NCBI GenBank assembly: GCA_036172245.1
Contig: JAYWIR010000040.1
Coordinates: 806,001-870,000 of the forward strand
Reading direction: 5' to 3'
Origin: Raillietiella orientalis
Lineage: Eukaryota
Length of the DNA stretch: 64,000 nucleotides
Each line of letters begins with the position of its first letter. The first letter of the stretch is position 1. Positions 23,895 through 31,160 of the stretch are shown here, in pieces. The notes beneath the pieces are model-generated. The model was given only the letters and a program-made list of their open reading frames with translations, was not told the origin of the DNA and made no database searches. A program made the translations under genes and the position numbers.

Positions 23895-24774
23895 GTTGGA
23901 GGGGGAGGGGGGGGGGGCAAAGGCAAAGGAAGGACGCCCTTGGGAGCGCGCGCGGGGAATCCGCCGCCTTCCCCCTTCTATGGGGCGGTGGACCCGACCC
24001 CGCTTGCAGCCTTGGACTTTGCCGCGGTCGCCACCACCAACGTGTCAGCCACCCCACCGGAGCTGCGCCCGCTCTCCTGCAGGTACGTGCTGTGTGGTTG
24101 GTTCCCTTCCCCCCACGTTTTCTGCCACTTTCCCTCCTCACCTTCGGGCGCAGCCCACTCGCGGCTGCCGCGAAAAGGGGTAAAAGAATTCTGGCGTAGC
24201 GCGCCAGCTGGCACGAGGGCGTTCGCGGACGGAGGAGGCGAGTCGCCCCCCCTTTTCACCCCTCTCATCTGACCTTCGTGCTGCCTTCTGAAAATAAAAA
24301 GCAGAAAACGAAGGAGGGGGGGGGGGGCGGAGGGGAGGGGAAAGAAGAAGAAGAAAGAAAAAAAGTCGCTCGCGTTCAAACGGAAAAGGCGGCCGTTTGG
24401 GGTCGTTTTCGATTCGCCGTCCGCGCGACGTGACCCTTGCCGGTCGGTCTCCGTGGAAACGCGGAGCCCGTCGCGCGCTCGTCTGAAGGCGTAAAAGTAA
24501 AATAATGGGGAAAAAGGAAAAAACGGTGGTGCGTGGCGCGGTCGTAGGGGTGGCGTATGGGCGTGCCACCTAGTTTGGGCGAGCGGGAAAGGAAGCCTCA
24601 CCCCTTCCTCCTCCCCGCAGCTTCCCCCCAACCTCCCCCCAAGTGGACGTTTTGGAAACGAGATCGGATGCCGACGAGGAATGCGGCGTGGAGGCACGCG
24701 TGTTTTTTTGCGCTTTAGGGCGCGCATGCGCATCCGAGCAGAAGCCTTCGCTGCGCGCAGAAAGCGAAAGGAAA

Positions 24775-24815
<41 letters not shown>
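24775..24815. repeat. T15-A26 homopolymer palindrome
   Basis: T run at 24775-24789 directly followed by A run at 24790-24815. Confidence 0.9.
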
Positions 24816-24817
<2 letters not shown>

Positions 24818-25434
24818 CACATATACGAAGAGGGGGAGAGAGAGGGGGGGGGAGCACGAAGCGGACGGACGCAAGAGGCATGGATCGGACGGGTGGTGGT
24901 GGTGGTGCTTTCGCTTGCGGGATCGGCGTGGGATCGCCGTGGAGGAAGAGGAGGACGTGGGGTGGGGGCGGGCGGGAGGGAGGTGGGGCGAGTGATGACC
25001 CCCCTCCGGCTCGCCAGCCGCCGGCGCCTCCCTACCCGGCGCTAACAATCCGGCGGATTCTATTTACGTCGTTGCTTGCTCGGAACGGACCCTTCGGCGC
25101 TTTCCCCTCCTCTAAGCGCCTCGCCGGCCGCCGCGCGGCGCTGCGCTGCGAGAACGCCAGCTGTGCGTCCGCCAGTCCTCGCGCGGAGATCGCGCGGAAA
25201 GGTTCGGTGGGTGCAGCCGACTCGCTTGCGTCGGGCGTGAGAGCCGTGCGTGCGTGTGCGCGCGCGCATTCCTCCGTGCGTGCCCCGTTGTTTCTTTTTT
25301 TTTTTTGTTTTTTGTGATCCCTTCTTTTTCCTCCCGTCGACTCCCTTTTTTTTTTTTTCCCTCCCCGGCCTGTTTGCCTTTGGAGACTTTTTCGTCTTCC
25401 TCGGGAGAGAGCCGCAAGAAGACACGGGAAAAAG

Positions 25435-25482
25435 GAGAGAGAGAGAGAGAGAGAGAAAGAGAGTGAGAGAGAGAGAGAGAGA
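25435..25482. repeat. (GA)n microsatellite / GAGA element
   Basis: Near-perfect GA dinucleotide run just upstream of ATG 25550. Confidence 0.85.
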
Positions 25483-25549
25483 AAAAGAAAAGCACAAGAA
25501 GAAACGGTGCATTTGGAACGGCAGCAGCAGAGGGTGACGGCTTTCCTCC

Positions 25550-25607
25550 ATGTTGGACTGTCGACGCGGTGGCGACGGTGACGTTGGTGGCGTCGGCGGC
25601 GGTTCAG
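25550..25607 (+). CDS. Psc: Psc/BMI1-like putative coding exon 1 (MLDCRRGGDGDVGGVGGGS-G); translation could instead start at ATG 25950
   Basis: ATG at 25550 and strong donor CAG|GTGAGC at 25607/25608. Phase 1 matches the acceptor CCCCAG|G at 25899/25900, which follows a long C/T tract. Confidence 0.55.
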
Positions 25608-27955
25608 GTGAGCAAGCGGCGGCGTCTGCAGCAGTGACAGCAGAGCCTCCCCCCCCCCCTCCTCTGCGCGCGCTCCAGCGGGGTGGGGGGCGGGTGGATC
25701 AAAGGATGGGGTTGGCAAGAGGGCGGGCGGGGTGGTTGCTGCAGGGCTGGGAGAGAGACGGTGGAGGGGGGGGGGGGGAAAGCGAGCGCACGCATAAACG
25801 ACAAGGTGTACGAGAATGATCGATCGACCATCTCCCCTTCCCCTCTCTCCTCCTCCTCTCCTTCCTCCCCCCGCACCCTTCTTCCCGCCTCCTCCCCAGG
25901 CCCGCCCGCCTGCCAACAGCAGCCCAGGTCGCTCCAGCAGCACCCGGCGATGAAGCTGCGCCTGTCCAAGCTGAACCACGTGCTCCTGTGCCCGCTGTGC
26001 AAGGGCTACTTCGTGGACGCCACGACGATATCCGAGTGCCTGCATTCCTGTACGTGCGCCGCCCCCCACTCCCGTCACGCGCGCCCTTTCCCTCTCTCCC
26101 CTCCCCCAGTCTGCCGGTCGTGCATCGTCACCTACGTGAAGAGCAATCAGTACTGCCCGGTGTGCGACGTGCAGATCCACAAGACGAAGCCCCTGCTGAA
26201 CCTCAGGTGAGGAGGGTCGCGCGTCCCTGCCGCCCCGGACTGACCCCTCCCCCCGCAGACCCGACCAGACCCTCCAGTCCATCGTCTACAAGATCGTCCC
26301 CGGTCTGTACCAACTGGAGATGCGCAAAAGGCGCCTCTTCTACACGGAGGAGCATCCCGAGATCGGTGAGCCAGCGCTCGCGAGGGCAGGGGAGGACTGG
26401 GTCCCCCCCACCCCTCTCGGGGGGTTCTGACCGTCCGCTGCCCTTCCCCCGCAGACACCTCGGCGATGGACCCTGAGATGAGAGGGGACATCCCTGGCAA
26501 GAAGTACATCTACGCCCCGGACGACCCCATCAGCCTGTCGCTCGAGTACGACGAGGACGAGTAAGTGGGGTGGAAGGAGGGGGGGTCGGCGGCGACCCCT
26601 GTCACGGAGATGCTCGCAGGAGCAGCGGCGGCCGCCCCAATCCGGGAGGGTCTCCTGCCCGCGACTCACTGCCCAACGGCGGCGCGGGATACGAGGACGG
26701 GGAGGACGGGGAGCCTCCCCGGGAAGAGGAAGGGCATCGCCCGCGGATTGCGGACTCCGCGACCACGCCCATACCAGTGCGTTACTTCAGCTGCCCCGCG
26801 GCCGTGAGCGCCCAGCAGCTCAAGAAGCTGCTCATGATGAAGTTCAACCTGACCTCGGAGTTCAAGGTGGGCACGCGGGGGTTGGGAGCGAGGGACCCCT
26901 ACACGCCCCGGTGCAGGTGGACATCCGTTTCCAGGGGGACGTGCTCCCGGACGTGTGCACCCTGGTGGACGTGGCGTACGCCGGACGCTGGGACCAGGAG
27001 AAGCCCATCCGGCTGACGTACACCATCAGCAGGCGCCGGCGCGTCCACGGACCGCCGGGCCCCAAGAAGGGCCGCAAGCGGAAGCGCGATGGAGAGGAAG
27101 AGCGCGGGGAGAAAGAGGAGGAGGAGGAGAAAAGGCGGGAGAGGAAGGAGGAAGGCAAGCAGGAGGAGAGCGGTCGCCAGGAGGAGGAGGAGAAGAAGAA
27201 GAGGAAGAAGAGGAGCCGGGAGGAGATGGAGGAGGGGGCTCCCGGGAAGGGGTCCGGCGACGACGAGCCCCCGGAGGGCGGGAAGAAAAGGAAGGCTGCC
27301 GATGAAGAGGAAGAGGAGGGCAGCGGTGGCGCGAAACACGCGGAAGAGGAGGAGGAGGAGGAGGCGACCCGCTCCCCCGCCGCCGGAGCGCCCGCGTGCT
27401 GCAAGCAGGAGCGCCCGTCCACCCCGGAGGCCACCTCCACCACCCCCGAGCAGGAGGTCGCATTCACGGCGCCTCCTCCCGCCGCACCCTCGAACCCCGA
27501 ACCAGCGTCCGCCGCACCTCCCGGAGCAGACACCGACGCCCCGGCGGAGAAGTACACGTCGTCGTCGTCGTCGTCGTCGCCGCTGGACCTGTCGCAGCAC
27601 AGCACGCGCCCGACGCCACCCGCGGCGACGCCACCCGGCGGCGGCGTCCTCCTCGTTTCTTCTGCCCGCGGCGGTGGCTGCGCCGCGACCGCTCCCTCCC
27701 CCTGCCCCGCCTCCCGGTCACCCGGAAAGCGCGGGAAGGGGCAGAGCACGCAGACGATCCTGTCCATCGCGGAGTCGCTGGCACACAAGCAGATGAACAA
27801 CCTCAGGAAGCTCGTGGGCGCCGGGGAGAAGGACCCCAAGGTCGCGAAGGCCCGCCCCGCCCCACCGACGAGCCCCGCCATCGCCCCCGTCCCTCCTCCT
27901 CCACCTCCTCGCGCCGAGGGGCGCTCTTCCCCCATCTTCCCCTGCCCCCTCCTTC

Positions 27956-27988
<33 letters not shown>

Positions 27989-28752
27989 TCAAGGACCAGG
28001 GTGCGGCGGGGTGCCGCGCGCTCCTCCCCGCGGCTCCCAAGGGCTCGGCCCCCACCAGTGCCCACAGCCCCATCCTCTTCAACTACATCACGTTTTCCCA
28101 GTCCGGCGAGGAAATGTGCGTCGTCGGGAGCAGCACGCTGAAGGGAGCCTCCGCCGCGCCCAACCCCGCCCCTCACCCCAACGGCGGCTGCCAGCCGCTG
28201 CCTCCCCTGAGACCAGCGTCCGCTCGCCCCGGGAGGAACGTCCTGAAGGTGCCGGACCTGCTCCTGCAGCAGCAGCACAAGCTGGGCAAGGCCATCCGTC
28301 CGCGCCTGGCGCCGCTCCTGCCCCAGCCGCTGCGCATCCCGTCGGTCCGACCCGCCGTCCCCGTGGCGGGAGCCGCCACCCCGTCCCCGCCCGTCTTCCC
28401 GAAGGTGTCCGCCCACATCAAGGCCGTGAAAGCCCCCCGCGTCACCAAGGGCGCCATCTTCCGCAGCCCCATCGAATCCCGGCTGCACGAGCTCATCCGC
28501 AACCAGCAGCTGGTCCGCAAGCAGCAGCAGGCCGCCCTCAGGGACGCCGCCGCCTCCTTGCCCCAGTACTCCTTCTCCACAGGAGGACCCACGCCCCCGG
28601 CCTTCTACCGCTCCCACGCCAATCCCAGCGTCCGGCAGATACCCAACCCCTCCCTCCTCCACCGCCAGGGCGTGGTCCCTCAAACCCTCCCCAAGTCCCC
28701 CGACGCCGCCGAGGGCTCCCCCATGCCCATCTGTGAGCAGGTGCATTCCTGA
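25550..28752 (+). CDS. Psc: Polycomb group RING finger protein, BMI1/PCGF2-4/Posterior sex combs-Su(z)2 family (PRC1 subunit); spliced gene join(25550..25607,25900..26049,26110..26206,26259..26365,26455..26560,26620..26866,26917..28752), 866 aa
   Basis: Manual splicing at GT-AG sites gives 2601 nt in frame. C3HC4 RING [75 protein letters not shown] closely matches BMI1 as I recall it ([33 protein letters not shown]...RSDKTLQDIVYKLVPGL). RAWUL motifs DDPISLSLEY, RYFSCPAAV..QLKKLL and TLVDVAY...W...PIRLTY follow. The roughly 570-aa low-complexity tail resembles arthropod Psc/Su(z)2. The first exon is less certain than the rest. Confidence 0.93.
25900..26049 (+). CDS. Psc: Psc/BMI1-like exon 2 (N-terminal half of RING: [33 protein letters not shown])
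   Basis: Polypyrimidine tract plus CAG acceptor; in-frame ATG at 25950; donor T|GTACGT at 26049/26050. Confidence 0.9.
26110..26206 (+). CDS. Psc: Psc/BMI1-like exon 3 (C-terminal half of RING: [33 protein letters not shown])
   Basis: CCCCAG| acceptor at 26109 and AG|GTGAGG donor at 26206/26207; splicing restores the conserved HSFC motif. Confidence 0.93.
26259..26365 (+). CDS. Psc: Psc/BMI1-like exon 4 ([35 protein letters not shown])
   Basis: CTGAC branch-like motif plus CGCAG| acceptor; G|GTGAGC donor; encodes the PCGF post-RING helices. Confidence 0.93.
26455..26560 (+). CDS. Psc: Psc/BMI1-like exon 5 (DTSAMDPEMRGDIPGKKYIYAPDDPISLSLEYDEDE)
   Basis: CTGAC plus CGCAG| acceptor; GA|GTAAGT consensus donor; start of the RAWUL domain. 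Confidence 0.9.
26620..26866 (+). CDS. Psc: Psc/BMI1-like exon 6 (linker plus VRYFSCPAAVSAQQLKKLLMMKFNLTSEFK)
   Basis: CGCAG| acceptor at 26619 keeps phase 2; AAG|GTGGGC donor; RAWUL core. The acceptor lacks a strong pyrimidine tract, so the 5' edge is less sure. Confidence 0.8.
26917..28752 (+). CDS. Psc: Psc/BMI1-like terminal exon 7 (end of RAWUL, NLS, E/K-rich block, PLDLS, polyS/polyP/polyQ tail)
   Basis: TGCAG| acceptor at 26916; VDIRFQGDVLPDVCTLVDVAYAGRWDQEKPIRLTYTI; open frame with strong C/G third-position bias to TGA at 28750-28752. Confidence 0.9.
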
Positions 28753-28873
28753 GTGCCTCACGACCCCCACGCCCCTCGTTTCCGACTTTTTCCTTCCCCC
28801 CTCCTCCGCCATCGAGGAGAGGCGCCGCGGACAGGACGATGGGAACGACCCTCGCGCGCGCGTCCCGGACCCC

Positions 28874-28879
28874 AATAAA
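28874..28879 (+). terminator. Polyadenylation signal (AATAAA) of the Psc-like gene
   Basis: AATAAA about 120 nt after the stop codon in otherwise very GC-rich DNA. Confidence 0.6.
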
Positions 28880-30649
28880 GATGTCTTCGGATCGTTGGTC
28901 CCTAGGCGGCTTCTGCCTCCTCCTCGAAGGGGATCTGAGGGGGAGGGGCAAGGATTCGCTCGTTTTCTCTGCCCAGGGAACCGGGGCGAGAGGAGGGCCG
29001 GACGTTCGCTTGGAATTTGCGGGTGGTCGAGGCAGCGCCGCAGGAGACGGAGAGGCGACTTCTGTCTTCCTCCTGCCGCCCGCGGGCGGTCGCTCCAGGA
29101 AGCTCGCGGCCCGCGGCGGCCGCACACGGAGGGACTCCGGTGAGGAGCCGGTGAGCTCTTTCTTCCCGCAGCCAGGGGCCGCGGCGGCCTCCTTGGAGTC
29201 CTTTGAGCGGGCGTCCCGATTCCGGGAAGGGAGCTCCCAGTGGACTCTGAGGGACGACGAGCAGGAAGAGCAAGAGGGAAGGTAGGGAGGGGGTGGAGCT
29301 AGGGGGGGGGGGGAACAATGAGAAGTCGGGCGCCGCTAGGCGGGATGAATCGAGGACTCCGCGCCCCATTGTGCGGGGAGCGGGCCGGCGGGGACACGCT
29401 GATTCTGGCGGTCACAGTGTGAAGGGTCCAGGGACGCGATCCCACAGTGTGAAAGGGGAGGCGGTTCAATGGGGATGACAGCCTGAAAGGGAAGCGCCGG
29501 CTTTTCCCGGACAGTTAGAGAGGGGAGGAAATGGGAAGGGTCACCTGGAAGCCTCCCGGAACGCACGCGGGAAGGAGTGGGTGGTGAGATCGGGGTCTGT
29601 CCCCGAGTCTCCTTCCTGTTGTCCTGCCCTTCCCCCCCATCCGGGGTCACCTGGTGGGCCACTCCTAGAAGGAGACGGAAAAAAACTAAAGGGGGGTGGT
29701 GCGCCCGGGGCGATGGGCGCGGGCTGCTGCGTTCTCTGGAAGTCGGCCGGCAACTCCAAGAAGTGGGTTCTTCCCGATCCCTTTGCCACGCCTCCGGGAC
29801 GCTCGAGCCGAGCAAGCGCGCGCCCTCTTGGGATTCTCCGCCGTTCACCGGATGACGACGGGCCCGGGCCTTCAATCTGCGCATCCTTAAACGAAGGAAG
29901 AAGCGCGCGGCGGAGACCCCGGGGGCCGAGGGCCTGGAGAGGCTTTTCTGAAGGAACGCGGCGCCCGCGCACAGCCTCCTGCCGTCCGGTCCTTTCCGTG
30001 CGATGCTCTCCGGGAAACCTTCCTCCTCTCCTGCGCTCGTTCCTTTAGGGCCACCCTCGACTCCAGGGGTTGCTTCCCTGATGGGGTGAAGGGGGGATCC
30101 GCACTCCCTACGGTCACCCCCAGCGCCCGGACGGTGGTCCTCCTCCTCAGAGGAACCTCTCGCTCGGATCTCCAGCATCGCAACAGCCGCAGCATCCCCG
30201 TCTCCTCGCCAACTGCGCGACCAGGGCAGGAGGAGGAAAGAGGAGGGTGGGGGGCCGGCTATAAACAGAGCCCCGTGCCACGCCGAGAGCCTTCCGAGAA
30301 GGTGGCAGGAACTCCTGCAGCACCCCTCGCGGCCCGGCCCCCGACTCCTTGGGTGAATTCTCCGCTCCAGAATTCCCTTTGTAAAGGGTGCAAGAGGCGA
30401 AGTCCTCCTCTCGGGAGGATTTTCCGGGGATTCCTCCTGGTCCAACTCGAAACGCAAGCGGAAGCGTCCCGGGAAGTTCCGCGACCACACAGCGGAGATG
30501 CGGAGGAGGAACGGAAGACCCGCCGCGGAGAGGCGGGCACGGCTGGCTAGCAGCGATGTCCAAGAGAGTTGTCGGGAGGCATTCCGACCAGGTCGGGAGG
30601 AGGGGGAACGACTCGCCTCACCAAGGAGCAGGATGAGCCAGGAATTGGT

Positions 30650-31160
30650 TGAAGAGGGTCATGGGAGAGATCCATCCACGAGCGGGACAGCCCTCCAGGA
30701 GTCGGCCGGGTTATCTCCGTCCCCCTCAGCCCCACGTCCGGCATCTTCATCGAGTGCTTGTACACGTACAGGTCCAGGTTCTTCCTCTCGGGTTCCCTCC
30801 TGGTTTTACTAAAGAGGATGAGGTGCTCGAAGAGGAAGACGCGGCGCACGGCCTTGCGCCCTCGGGAGCCGCTGCTTTGCCAGACGACGAACTCGTCCTG
30901 AAACGGGACCTTCGCCGGAAGGAGGGATCGTCGTCCCCCAATCCCACCTCATCTCCTCTCCTCTCTTCCTCCCCCGCACTCCGACGGCATCCGCCTGCAA
31001 GTTTTTCTGCAAGTTTCCGGGGCGTTGGTGACTCCCTCCTGAGGACGCCTCGGGGTGGGCAGCAGTGGAGGCAGGAGGCTGGTCCTGAAGGTGGCCTTCT
31101 GCGTGACCTGCGGACGGGGAAGGTCAAAAGGCGCCCGTTGTCCTCCAGCGGCAATGGGTG
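30650..31160 (+). mobile_element. Possible LINE ORF1 (gag-like) relict
   Basis: VLVHVQVQVLPLGFPP and KVAFCVTCGRGRSKGARCP (a CxxC....C zinc-knuckle-like segment lacking His), in different frames. Confidence 0.25.

Larger units (their letters stand above)
22830..25500 (+). promoter_or_regulatory. CpG-island-like promoter/regulatory region of the Psc-like gene
   Basis: Two GCGCATGCGC (NRF1/Ewg-type) palindromes at 22836-22845 and 24722-24731; four (CG)n tracts at 23634-23894; G-runs; T15A26 tract; (GA)n at 25435-25482. I recognised no LINE motifs here. Confidence 0.5.

Noticed and set aside
25816..25818. ATG as an alternative Psc start
   Set aside because: It is out of frame with the RING and lies within the predicted intron 1, just before its polypyrimidine tract.
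26862..29127. Long antisense and alternative-frame ORFs over Psc exon 7
   Set aside because: Expected shadows of a coding exon with high third-position GC.
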